DNA from: Nemertoderma westbladi | Taxonomy: Eukaryota; Animalia; Xenacoelomorpha | Direction: 5' to 3' | Length of the DNA: 64,000 nucleotides | NCBI GenBank assembly: GCA_032718475.1 | Contig: JAUCBJ010005384.1 | Coordinates: 1 to 64,000 of the forward strand | Part shown: positions 35,789-48,861 of the stretch, in pieces | How positions within the stretch are numbered: the first letter of the stretch is position 1 | Layout of the letters: each line of letters starts with the position of its first letter | The notes under the pieces: generated by a model | The model's database searches: none | Told to the model about the DNA's origin: nothing | The model's input: only the letters and a program-made list of their open reading frames with translations | Program-made: the position numbers and the translations under genes

Positions 35789-38408
35789 GGTTCAGGGACT
35801 CGAGAGTTCCAAACTTGCGGGTTTCGTACTCGAGTCCCATGCCGCTTCGCGCCGCACCTCTAGGTCCTTATAGGCTCGGTAAAGCGAAATGGCCGCCACC
35901 GTTTCTATCAAGACGGGTGTCGAACAGGGTTTAATCTCCGTATATGGATCTAAAGTCGTAACGTCGGCATAATGGGTCTCAGAGGTCTCTTTCCGCTAAA
36001 TTCGATACTGATCATCGGGTTGCTCATCGGGTAACCTCCCTCGTTATATCTAAGAAACTGGTGAGCTTGACATCGCGTTAATATCGGCTCAGGATTCTGC
36101 TCGTTCAGTCAATCGGGAATCGCTACGTCTTGCTTATTCATGCATTCGCCGCATTTGTAGAACAACTTGTATACACTTAAAACCTTTGGCGTCTCCTGAT
36201 CCTCGCCTCGAGTCCTCCGGTAAAGATGCATTCCATCGAATTAATCCCGGACTGCAGGTAGCGGTTCATCGTGCCGTAAATACATGTTCATATGATATAG
36301 ACGGGCGATTTCCTCGTCAGGGTCGCGCTAATGTCGCACACATCAAGAGCAAAATCGTAGGGATAACGAGTGCGATACTCCCTTCGTAGAACCTCCATGC
36401 GGTCTCCCAACGCTCGCATCCGTTCCCTCCTCAACTCCTTCTCGTACGTGGGGTTATACTTCCCATTCAACTCCATTACCGATCTCCCGTGGTAGTAAAC
36501 ATTGGAATCCTTACACCCATGTCGGGCGAATGGTAGTTCTGCTTCCTCTCTGGTGGTGAAACCTCTCCTCGGTTGTGCTCTAATTTCCTTCTCCATATTG
36601 CCGCGTATATATACATAATTAGTAACTAATAGTAACTAATTACACTGTGGGTAAGTCAGTTAGATGATGCGGAGGGACAAACTTCCCGAGCTACCCGGCC
36701 GCCTTCCAGCAGTTGAGGTTCGGCTTTCTAGATCCCGTCTCATTCCTAACTACCTTCTTTGATGCCCAAGCTACTCCCCAATACTTGTACTAGACTACAG
36801 TAGTTAGAAAGGACAATAGTTTTGGCGCTCGACTATACCAAACCCACAGGTTTGATAATCGAACACCTCACTCCACTGCAAACTACTGAGTGGGGTCTGT
36901 GTACGCCTCTGGTGCTACTAACCTTTAGCACCTTGGTTGTTGTACTGTTTGCACCAATCTGTGGAAGTTACTGAACTCAATTTACACTCCTACATAATAT
37001 AGCCGTCACCATAGTGTCGAGATACTATTTTCCAGGCTTCACGACTTTCAAATTACTGTACATCTATAGACGAATTCTAGAACGCGTCTATATGCAGCGT
37101 TTGGAATTGTTTTGGGTTCACTTCTAATATTAAAATTTTTGATTTTCCAAACATTTTATGAAAAAATTTAATTTTTGTTTTGATACCCACCAGACAAATT
37201 CTCAACACAAATCACCACAAACCCGCTCCTATGCATTTCCTAGTATTTGCATACGAGGAATGCATACGAAGTGAATTTTTGTTCTAACACTAATTTTGGT
37301 TTGAGGCAGAAGACAAATTATAGTCTCCTGTCTCGATGCGTGTCTCCCACGTCCAATCAGGACGTGGGTATTATACCATTCCTTACCGAACCTGTCAACA
37401 CAGGGTCGTCGGAAGACGAATGCGATCTAACAGCGAATGTTTCCATCGGTAGCGACGATTTCCTCCCCCTCCATCATTCGTCTTCGTCTCACGCACAAAC
37501 TTCTACACCGGATGAGGAGGACCCCGAACTAACGGGAAACATAAACTCATTCACCTCCGATTTACCAGCCTACCCACCCCAGAGCCTAGCGTTCAACTGG
37601 AATGGAATTCTGGGCGAATGCTTCGAGTCTCGAGTAAAGAAGGCATATGATGAAGTGGTTCACTGGGGATCGCATCTGTTTGAGGTTCCTTGCACACAGG
37701 TAGGTCGGCAATTCATCTGCACGATCACCAGACTGTTGAAGGCTTTCAGTGAGAAATCAAATCTGGAGGGTGTGGCTATGATTGCACCAAAACTCCTACT
37801 ACACGCGGCGGTAAAGACTCCAGAAGGTTTTGGTTCTTCGGGAAGCATTAGCCAAACACTCAGGAGAAGGTTGGAACTCTGGAACGCCAGAGAGATCAGC
37901 GCCTTGGTAGAGGAAGGAAGGGCGATTCAGGCCCGGAGGGGTGGCAACCATTCCGTCAGAACGGACGCTGATAAACCCAGGAGGGATTTTGTATCAAGGA
38001 TGAACACAGGTCAGATCGCCGCAGCGGTGGATTTATTAACAAATGGAAAGGGAGGTTCAGTCACAGACACGGTTGGGGTAAAACAGTTAAGGATATTCTG
38101 AGGGAGAAAAACCCTGCACCAGCAACCGTGGACCCATCACTAATCAAAACCTCATGGGAAGACAGTTTGAGTTTCCACCCAACCATTTTCGATGCGATTA
38201 GGGGTGAGGCGATCCTGTCTGCCTCCCTATACACACAGGGAACGCCCAGACCATCTGGTGTAGACGCTGATGGGTGGAGGCGAATGTTGATGGCTTTTGG
38301 AAAAACCTCAAACTATCTCAGAAACGCGGTGGCCGCAGTTGCGCAACGTCTCGCTACTGAATATATCGATCCCAATAGCATGTTCGGATTCAATGCCTGT
38401 CGTCTGGT

Positions 38409-39605
38409 TGTACGCGCCTTTGAAGACCTTTAGCAGTTTAACCTGCCAACCTTACCTTACCGTGGTTTAACCTTACCTTGGTTTATAAATAGACTTTAAC
38501 ATATGACAAGTATTTAATACCAATAAACACAACATTAGCCGAAGCCAGCCTAGTGCGCGTCCATTCACCCGCTGGATATACCCGGGAGACTGGATTCGGA
38601 GGGCTTAGATTTTATTGCAGTGTAAGCTTACTGTATTATTCGATTGATCGTTAATAAATAATTTCTGACGAATATTAATCACTTTCGGGAAATATTAACA
38701 GTTCCTTTAGGACGTGGCGCTCTATCTAGGTAAACAGAGATATGACTTATACTAAACACAACGGTAAGAAGGTAAGGCTTATGATTCACGTATGAGGCGC
38801 ATTCTTTAGGAAATGCTTAGTTATCAGCCACAATCATGCACACTACCGGTACCGCACAATACTGCACACTAATCTGCCGACCGTCAATGAATTTTATCAT
38901 ACATAAAGAGAACAGCAATTGACTCATGTAGTGCCTATCAAATAGCATTAAATTCACTACAACCACGATAATATAAGTCGCAATCGCTATATGTAACCTG
39001 TCTCTCTAACCTGTAGTGTATCAAGAAAATTGGGAAATTTGGGTTATTTATCGATGTTCTCCAAATAATAATATTCAACCAACTGATACAAACTGATAAC
39101 AACAGTAAAAAGCATTAAGACGGTAGGTTAAGATATGATATGATTGGTACTGTAAGACTGTACCGCTGGACCACTGATAACAGTTATACGTTCTATAATC
39201 TAAGCCTACTAATGTTTCTTCTAAAGTCTGAAACGAATTGACTCTAGAGCCGGTGTTCTTGGCCTAGATAGAAAAAACAAAACTCTAACACTGTAAGACT
39301 GAACACGCCTAGTACGATCTGTAGAATATCTCCACGTCTGAAGTAAAAATCGCTCTGATTGGCTGTTAAGCTGAACAAAGAACCATGTGTCCAACGGCCG
39401 TTTCCATGCCAGCAACCAGCTGTTAGATGTCGTAATCTGAATCATCAAGGCTACACTGTGCTAGAGGATTTGACGCATTGCGGGTTTTGTGTCTTGCCAT
39501 GTCCTCCAAAGCACACATATAGAAGAACAACTTTTATGTCCGTTAAAACACCCACACGGTACTTTGCGGGCAAGGGGACTGATTATATCCGTAAAAGCTT
39601 TTACA
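38409..39605 (-). mobile_element. Solo LTR family A inserted in the CRE RT
   Basis: TGT..ACA termini. 5-bp TSD CTGGT at 38404-38408 and 39606-39610. Removal restores CRLV-PLDK. Confidence 0.93.
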
Positions 39606-40625
39606 CTGGTACCACTAGACAAAACGCCAGGTGTGCGGCCCATCGGCGTGGGTGAAGTCTTGAGAAGAATCATTGGAAAATCGGTAATGAACTGTGTTTG
39701 GGTTGATTTAGAAAAAATGGCAGGCAACACCCAGTTGTGTGTGGGGCAACTTGGGGGAATTGAGCATGCCATTCACGCCTTGCGCGACACCTACAACACA
39801 CCTGAATGTGAGGGAATTTTACTTTTGGATGCAACAAATGCCTTTCAATGCTCTGAACAGACATCTCACACTGCTAAATGTTGAATACGTATGCCCCGCT
39901 TTGCAAACTGTCCTTGTGAATACTAATAGGGAACCAACCCCCTATTTGTGGCAAACGAGGTTATGTGGTCGGAGGATGGCTCAACCCAGGGGGACCCACT
40001 AGCTATGGCAATGTACGGAATTGGAACGTTTCCTATGGTAAAGAAACTTGGTGAAACCGGGACACAAACTCCCCCAACAATCACAGCAGACTCACAGGGT
40101 TGTCAGCAAACCACGGTACCGGTACACCTAGGAGGCGTACAGCAACCCACGGCACACACAGGGAGCGGGCAGCAGCTCACGGTACACCCAGGGGTCGGTC
40201 AGCAACCCACGGTACACCCAGGGGTTGGATAGCAACTCACGGTACACACAGGGGGCGGACAGCAACCCACGGTACACCTAGGGGGTGGACAGCAACCCAT
40301 GGTACACACAGGGGGTGGTCAGCAAACCACGGTACACCCAGGGGGCGGACAGCAACCCACGGTACACCCAGGGGGTGGACAGCAACCCATGGTACACACA
40401 GGGGGTGGAATGCAACTCACGGAATACCCAAGGGTTGGACAGCAACCCACGGTACACCTAGGGGGTGGACAGCAACCCACGGTACACACAGGGGCGGTCA
40501 GCAAACCACGGTACACCGAGGGGGCGGACAGCAAACCACGGTACACCCAGGGGGCGGACAGCAACCCACGGTACACCCAGGGGGTGGACAGCAACCCGCG
40601 GTACACACTTGGGGTGGACTGCAAC

Positions 40626-42961
40626 CAGTGCCGGATTAACATTAAGGCATATAAGGCACGTGCCTTAGGGCCAGCCGAAAATCCGGGCCATTTTTTCTCA
40701 GCGAGTCATTCCTGTGAAAAAAATATTTTTATCTGAAAAGTCCGGAAACAGAGCAAGAAAGTGCATCTTTCGACTACTTGTCTACTTCCTATCACTAGAT
40801 TTGTGATAGAAAGTGCAAAATTCTAGCTCAGTCAACCGACAGGTGCTGTGTTATTAGTTCGAGACCTGATGGCAGGGAAATAATAAAACATGGGCAGTAA
40901 TACTTTAAAGTGCTAATTACAGTATGAACAATGGAGAATTTAATTTTATTTATTTATGGGGAAATATTTGTAGTTATGCTCTTAAACTTTCTAGAACAAC
41001 CAAATAATGACATACTGGAAATAATGTACATAGTAAATGTATGGCGTGGAGATATGGTAGTGAGAAATTAAATTTTTTTTACCGGAAACTAGTTTTATAA
41101 ATAAATATAGCCTACAGTAGGTAAAAAATAGATAAAAAAAAGGATAAATTAGTTGTAGATAAAATAGTTGTTGATAAAAAAAAAACGTGTCAGAAATAAC
41201 TTCCTGTCACTACTGTAATTTTATTTAACCGAAATTCAGATATTCTGCCCTCGTTTATTGAATTTTGCATTCGATCCCATTTTAGGTGCAATTCAAAAAC
41301 TTTTGGACAGCACAATTGAATTGGGGTAAATTAAAATTAGCGACAAAAAGTGCTTATTTCCGAGACTGTTCTCTTATCGAAGAACATTACTTTCTCAGCA
41401 AGTCCAAATATAGATCAAAAATATTATATCTTTGCACTAAGCCCACACTTTTGGTGTATTATATTTCTCAGCCTGTAAAGATAAAGTACCCTGCGAAAGT
41501 AAAAAAAAGTAAATTTTCTTCGGCCGCTAGGCCAGGGATTACGCACAAAGTCTGACGACTTATTTCCAGTGCGGCCCCCCAGAACTTTACTCCCCAGAGG
41601 AAACTCTAGTACTCATTTAGCTACCACTTAAGGATGCAAGACAGAGATGCGCCCGCCCTGGCTGGTCCCTTTAAAGCAGTCGTGCCGAAACGAAAACTGC
41701 CCTGGTCCATGTGAGGATCGAAGCCACGACCTCCAGGAGATGTGAATTCAATGCAACCACTTCACCAAGGTGGAACCTACAGCAAATAAATAACACATTC
41801 CCACGATTCGATCAAAATTGCTAAATGCCTACAGGAGCCAGTCAGCCTTAAGGGGGCCAACTATAACCCACACAGAAATGAATTTTTCGAAAATTTACAC
41901 AATTTTTTGTAGTTTGATAGAAGGGCTTTCATAAGGTGATGTCGGTTTTCAACATTGAATTATTTTTTTACTTCAAAACTGCTCTTTTCAACAACATAAT
42001 ATTATATTGCTGATATTTATGATTCTCTGTATAAAACAACCTTTTTATCAGTTCGTTGATTTTGACTTTTTTCATCTCTAAATTACCTACTACATATATA
42101 CTATTTTATTTTTTACTCAACTGTCATCCAACATACAAAAATGTTCAGCAGCTTTAGGTATACTATCGTTGGTTTTGTAAAACATGGCCATTTGGATCTT
42201 CTAGAACCGATTTTGTAACTGCTACACTTTGTCTATCACTAAATATTTGATTCCAAAAATATAGCCCGGAAATACTAAAACCCCCCATAAATTTTCAAAA
42301 GCAATAATTTTGTGCTAAAATTATCATAGAAGATAGCCTACATTTTTACGTCCATTTTACCAAAGTCTTGCACCAAGAACTTCAATGCAGTATGACAGAT
42401 CCTTAAATGAGCTAATTAATATATAAATGCCGCAAATTTATAGAATTTTTGAAGAAAAAACCGACCTTCTCAAAAAGTGCCATATTTTTCGAACAAACGG
42501 TTTATGAAGTTACTGTATCTATACTCAGTTTTAATAGTATATATAAGATCACAGATAATTGTATTAAAGTTTCAGAATAGTAGCTTTATAAATAAAACAA
42601 ATAGATTTGGAGTAATGGTCCCATTAATATATTAAAAATTAAAGCTTGAGAAATTCTACCAAAACCATTACACATTTTATAGCAAAGGTTTTATAGGCAT
42701 ATTCCGTTTAGTAAATGTTAAAAATTCTTGATGAAAACTATTTTTGCGAAGTACTTATTATTAAAGTTTTAAGTACTTATTTGCACGCAGTAATCCGACG
42801 AAAATAATTTATATTTCCTTCGCAACATTTTCACATTTTCAGTTGTTTTTTTTAGCAGCTTTTTCCTTTGAAAGGGTTTGCGGAAAAATATCAATTTTCG
42901 GGCCATTTTTGGAAATTACTAAAATGTGCCTTAGGGCCACCAGAGGCTTAATCCGGCACTG
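40626..42961. mobile_element. Non-autonomous hAT transposon
   Basis: TIR CAGTGCCGGATTAA at both ends. 8-bp TSD ACTGCAAC. Confidence 0.9.
41505..41773 (-). mobile_element. tRNA-derived SINE with conserved central domain and L2-like 3' tail
   Basis: A box TGGTGAAGTGG, B-box-like GCTTCGATCC, core CATCCTT..TAAATGAGTAC, tail GGCCGCACTGGAAATAAG..TTTGTGCGTAATCC. Confidence 0.65.
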
Positions 42962-44656
42962 ACTGCAACCCACGGTACACCCTGGGGGTGGACAGCAACT
43001 CACGGTACACACAGGAGGCAAACAGCAACCCACGGTACACCCTGGGGGTGGAATGCAACTCATGGAACACCCATGGGTTGGACAGCAACTCACGGTACAC
43101 CTAGGGGGTGGACAGCAACCCACGGTTCACCTAGAGGGTGGACAGCAACTCACGGTACACCCAGGGGGTGGACAGCAACCCACGGTACACCCAGAGGGTG
43201 GACAGCAACCCACGGTACATCCAGGGGGTGAACTGCAACCCATGGTACATCCAGGGGGTGGACTGCAACCCATGGTACACCCAGGGACAGGACAACAACC
43301 CACAGTAGACCCAGGAGGCGTACAGCAGCCCACCGTACATCCAGGGGTTGGACAGCAACTCACGGTAGACCCAGGGGGCGGACAGCAACCCACGGTACAC
43401 CCAGAGGTTGGTCAGAAACCCACGGTACACCCAAGAGGCGTACAGCAACCCACGGTACACCCGCGGGGTGGACAGCAACTTACGGTACACCTAGGGGGTG
43501 ATCAGCAACCCACAGTAGACCCAGGGGTTGGACAGCAACTCACGGTACACCCAGGCGACGGACAGCAACCCACGTTACACCCAGGGGGTGGACAGCAACC
43601 CACCGTACATCCAGGAGGCGGACAGCAACCCATGATACACCCAGGGTGTGGAAAGTAACCCACAGTATACCCACGGGGCGGACAGCAACCCGCAGTACAC
43701 CCAGGGGGTGGACAGCAACCCAAGGTAAACCTAGGGGGTGGAAAGCAACCCACAGTACACCCAGGGGGTGGACAGCAACCCACGGTACACCTAGGGGGTG
43801 GACAGCAACCCACGGTACACCCAGGGGGTGGACAGCAACCCAAGGTACACTCAGGGGGTAGACAGCAACCCACGGTACACCCAGGGGGTGGACAGCAAAC
43901 CACGGCACACCCAGGGGGCGGACAGCAACCCACGGAACACCAAGGGGGCGGACAGCAACCCACGGTACACCCAGGGGGCGGACAGCAACCCAAGGTACAC
44001 CTAGGGGGTGGAAAGCAACCCACAGAACACCAAGTGGGTGGACAGCAAACCACGGCACACCCAGGGGGCGGACAGCAACCCACGGAACACCAAGGGGGCG
44101 GACAGCAACCCACGGTACACCCAGGGGTGGACAGCAACCCATGGTAGACACAGGGGGCGGACAGCACCCACGATACACACAGGGGGCAGACAGCAACCCA
44201 CGGTACACCAAGAGGGTGGACAGCAACCTACGGTACACCAAGGGGGCGGACAGCAACCCACGATACACACAGGGGGCGGACAGCAACCCACAGTACACCA
44301 AGTGGGTGGACAGCAAACCACGGCACACCCAGGGGGCGGACAGCAACCCACGGAACACCCAGGGGTGGACAGCAACCCACGGTACACCCAGTGGGCGGAC
44401 AGCAACCCAAGGTACACCTAGGGGGTGGAAAGCAACCCACAGAACACCCACGGGGCAGACAGCAGCCCGCAGTACACCCAGGGGGTGGACAGCAACCCAC
44501 GGTACACCTAGGGGGTGGACAGCAACCTACGGTACACCCAGGGGGTGGACAGCAACCCAAGGTACACCCTGGGGGTGGACAGCAACTCACGGTACACCAA
44601 GTGGGTGGACAGCAACCCACGATACACACAAGGGGCGGACAGCAACTCACGGTACA

Positions 44657-45257
44657 CTACTAGGATCGGCATGCTGCATTGCAGCTGCATTTTTAAGAAT
44701 GCTGTGCCGGCTTGTCAACAAAATTGCACCGCCACAACTCCCTATCACCCATGACATTTGCTAGATCATCCGCATCTTTAAGGCCAGTGTCCTTTAAGAT
44801 GCGTTTCAAGAAAGTCATTGGCTGTCCACCATGCTTATTCACTCCATGAGGCTGCCAAAGTACAAGATTATGCACTGGCTGGTCCTCACGGCGAAAGCAA
44901 TGTCCTGCAAAGCGGAGGCGATTTTGTTCTAGTGTCAAGCTTGGGGGAACCAATGAGACACCTCCAATGTTATATAGTGTCTGGTTGGAGATGTGTGCAT
45001 TATACTTGACACAATGGACCCGGCGTAGCATTCTTGTGAATGTGCCATCCAGAGATTTGGTGTCCTCAGCAGTTAGAGCCCAGCATGGACTCCCGTAGAG
45101 GAGTACTGGAACTACTGCTGCTCTAAATAATCGGACCTTAAGTTTCCGATTAATTCTCGGTGACTTCCAAATCCTGGAAAGCCTATTCAAGGCTGCCCAT
45201 GCCTTTCCCTTATGTATTCGAAGGTCCTCACCTGACTTCCGGATCCATGATCCCAGG
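44657..45257 (-). mobile_element. 5'-truncated RTE LINE 3' end inserted in the minisatellite
   Basis: 165-aa RT C-terminal ORF 44693-45190. Short TAG tail. Confidence 0.88.
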
Positions 45258-47759
45258 GGGTGGACAGCAACCCACGATACACCCAGGGGGTGGACAGCAA
45301 CCCATGGTACACACAGGGGCTGGACTGCAACCCATGGTACACCCTGGGGGTGGACAGCAACCCACGGTACACCTAGGGGGTGGACAGCAACCCACGGTAC
45401 ACACAGGGGCGGTCAGCAAACCACGGTACACCGAGGGGGCGGACAGCAAACCACGGTACACCAAGGGGGTGGACAGCAACCTACGGTACACCAAGGGGGC
45501 GGACAGCAACCCACGATACACACAGGGGGCGGACAGCAACCCACAGTGCACCAAGTGGGTGGACAGCAAACCACGGCACACCCAGGGGGCGGACAGCAAC
45601 CCACGGTACACCAAGGGGGCGGACAGCAACCCACGGTACACCCAGGGGGCGGACAGCCACCCACGATACACACAGGGCAGGGGGCGGACAGCAACCCACG
45701 ATACACCAAGTGGGTGCACAGCAACCCACGATACACACAGGGGGCGGACAGCAACCCACGGTACACCTAGGGCGTGGACAGCAACCCAGGATACACACAG
45801 GGGGCGGACAGCGACCCACGGTACACCAAGTGGGTGGACAGCAAACCACGGTACACCCAGAGGGCGGACAGCAACCCACGGTACACCAAGGGGGGCGGAC
45901 AGCAACCCATGCTACACCAAGGGGGCGGACAGCAACCCATGATACACACAGGGGGCGGACAGCAACCCACAATACACCAAGTGGGTGGACAGCAAACTAC
46001 GGTACACCCAGGGGGCGGACAGCAACCCGCGGTACACACAGGGGGTAGGCTGACCCAGGGGGCGGCAGAGGAACGTCACCTTACACAAAAATGGTTCGCA
46101 GATGATGGCAACGTTGCTGGTGGACTCCAAACTTTAAGAGAATACTGGGAGAAGGTAAACGGAATTGGCCCAGGATATGGATATTTCCCTAACTCGGTGA
46201 AATCGTACCTGATTGTGAAGGATGAGCATAGAGCGAGGGCGGAGGAGATCTTCGCAGGATCCGGCATTCAACTGACAGATGGACATAGGGTGCTAGGGTC
46301 CGTCATAGGATCCCAGAGGGCCTGCCAGGCATTCATATCGGAGTGAGTGGATCAGCTATGCGAGCAGTTGGTGCGACTGAACGATTTCGCCAATGCAGAC
46401 CCCATCCCGCATACAGCTGCCTCATAAAAGGCATGCAACCAAAGTTAACATACTTATCCAGGACCATCCCAGGTTTTGCAGACAAGCTTGGCGCAGTGGA
46501 GGACTACATGGTGGATGACCTGATACCAACTCTGACTGGAAGAGCACCCCCCGGAGCTGTTGAGAGGGAACTGCTCGCTCTGCCCCTTAGAGAGGGTGGC
46601 CTCGCGATATCCCATCCTCAAGACCTAAGTGAGTGCTACACCGCATTGAGAAGGATCTGCGAACCCCTCGAATCCCTTGGGTCAGTCCAACCACGTATGC
46701 TACAGCGGCCTATAGTTCGGGAGGTGACGCGAGAAAGGGAAGAGAAACTTAAAGTGAAGGCTGTAGCTCTAAATGAACAGCTGTCAGAAGACTCAAAATA
46801 CCTCCGGGCACTATCACGAGAGAAAGGAGCCTCATCGTGGTTAACAGCTATACCAATTCTTAAATACGGGTTCGCCCTACACAAAACCGCCTTTCGGGAT
46901 GCCCTGTGTTACAATATGGATGGCTGCCACCAAGGCTCCCCTCTCATTGTGTATGTGGCGAGGAGTTCTCCATCTCTCATCCCCTACATTGCCCAACGGG
47001 GGGATATCCCAGCATCCGCCACAATGAGATAAGGGACTATCTAGCCGAACTGTTGAACGATGTCGCCCATGATGTGGAGAGCGAACCACACCTCCAACCA
47101 GTGGAAGGCGAGCAGTTCCGACTCGCAAGCACTTCCAGAGACCTAGACACACGGTTGGACGTAGCAGCATCCGGGGTCTGGGGGGGGGGGGGGGGGGAGG
47201 TTTGAGAGAGTTTACATCGATGTAAAAATATTTAACCCGTTGTGCGCCTCTAACCCTCGATCGATCAGCGCCTCATACAACAAACACGAGCGGGAAAAAC
47301 GCCGAAAATATGAGGACAGAATAAATGAAATCGAACACTCTGCTGGTTTTTGCGCTTTCGTTATGGCAGCAACGGGCGGGGCTAGTCGAAGTGCTCACGC
47401 ACTCATCAATCGGGTATCTCTCCTCCTCTCCGCAAAGCGGGACACTCCATACTCCCAGACAGTATCCCTGGTCCGCACGAGGCTAAACTATGCCCTGTTG
47501 CGGTCTTCTGTAATGTGCATGCGCGGGGCCCGCATACCCAAGACCCGTCGATGTCCTCAACCACTGAGCGAAACCGGGATCCTCTGTGCGGTGACAGAGG
47601 GCCGGGTTTGATAATGGAACTTTTGGGGCGCCAAAATAACTCGATTTATGTATTATATTAAAGTAACTATATTAAAATCTGGTATCATTGTGCTTTTTAT
47701 TATTAAAAATTGTTAATAAAGATGTTGAGTGAGGAGGAAAAAAAAACAAAAAAAAAACA

Positions 47760-47956
47760 GTAAACCCTTCCACTCTGATTCCCAAGTTGCCTTGGTTCCC
47801 ATTTATCGACCACTGAAGGATGAAAGCCAGGTTTGGGTTAGGCTGCAGCATTTAAAGCACTGTGCCCAAACAGTGCTGCCCCATCTAGGGAACGAACCAG
47901 TGCCTCCTGATTGAAAGCCCAGGAATGTCACCACTAGACCAAGCTGCTGCTTGGTC
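47760..47956 (-). mobile_element. tRNA(Glu-like)-derived SINE
   Basis: A box TGGTCTAGTGG, loop CTTTCAA, B-box-like GGTTCGTTCC, core TTCATCCTTCAGTGGTCGATAAATGGGAACC (Nin/Deu-like). Confidence 0.72.
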
Positions 47957-48159
47957 GTCGCGTAGCAGATAGGAGTAGCGCCCACCCCTACCTTCGGGTA
48001 GCAGATATCGAAAGAGGAACCTTAGGGTCGCCTCCGGCTTCGGCAGACTGTTTGATTGCTTGAAGGTTCTAAAAAACATGGCAAATTCTTTCTACTGTAA
48101 TTATATGTTATAGTTTATTATTTATGTTAATTAACTACAGTATTTACATCATTGTGTGC

Positions 48160-48861
48160 AAAGTAGCACTTCGCAGCGTTATGACCAGAGTTTATTTATG
48201 TACCGAGCGAGCGCAGCGAGGGAGGTTTACATAAATAATGTAATTTTGTTACATTATGTCAACTTTAGCTTTCGGTATGTGAAGAAAGGATTTTAAGGAT
48301 ACTCTCATTTAAACATTTTAATCATGTACTAATTCGAATATAAGTGAAATTTATACACAGTATTAATTAAACATTATTTATATCTATCTAATTAAAGTTT
48401 ATTGTTGTTATCTCCTTCGTGGATGTGATAAATCTTTGATCCATCGTCGACTGAAACAAACTGAGTCTCCGTCTGTGTCCGTTCAGTGCACTGTACACTG
48501 TCGCCATATTTTCTTTGCTCATTTTCTCATAAATGTCTTCTATAGGACGTATGGAATACACAGTCTTACACGTTAAACAATTATTTACATACAGCAGCTA
48601 GTCCTGTCACTTCAAACTGGACGCACGCATTATACAAACACGTGCTGCTTTATTGAATAAAAAGCACACATTAATATAAATGGAAATAATACATTCTGGA
48701 ATACGGTAAATGAAGTTGTTTCCATGCCATTGATTACTTTGCAGCGTTCCGTCCTATAGGCCGCAACGCTGCAAAGTAGTACTTTGCAGCGTTACGAGCA
48801 ATTCACAAGAACGCTGTTAAGTTGACATAATGTAAGAAAATAATATTACTTACGAGAACTC
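48160..48861. mobile_element. Non-autonomous element with subterminal inverted repeats (Helentron/HINE-like)
   Basis: TTACATTATGTCAACTT / AAGTTGACATAATGTAA inverted pair, CCGAGCGAGCGCAGCGAGG motif, palindrome ACGCTGCAAAGTAGTACTTTGCAGCGT. Confidence 0.5.

Larger units (their letters stand above)
40105..46045 (+). repeat. 30-bp GC-rich minisatellite (about 100 units in three blocks)
   Basis: Consensus GGACAGCAACCCACGGTACACCCAGGGGGT. Blocks at ~40105-40625, 42962-44657 and 45252-46045. Confidence 0.95.
37247..47758 (+). mobile_element. CRE-like (RT plus REL endonuclease) non-LTR retrotransposon, fragmented by nested insertions
   Basis: ACRLV|PLDKTPGVRPIGVGEVLRRII, LLLDATNAF, STQGDPL, WFADD, GASSWL, CVC..HPLHC..RHNEIRD, RLDV..YIDV..KRRKYE. 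AATAAA and A-rich tail at ~47715-47758. Confidence 0.9.

Noticed and set aside
40100-46050. Dozens of overlapping ORFs (GCCPPP, TATHGT, DSNPRY repeats) resembling keratin-associated or mucin proteins
   Set aside because: These are translation artefacts of a stop-poor 30-bp minisatellite. Only the QQPTVHPGG frame connects to real coding sequence.
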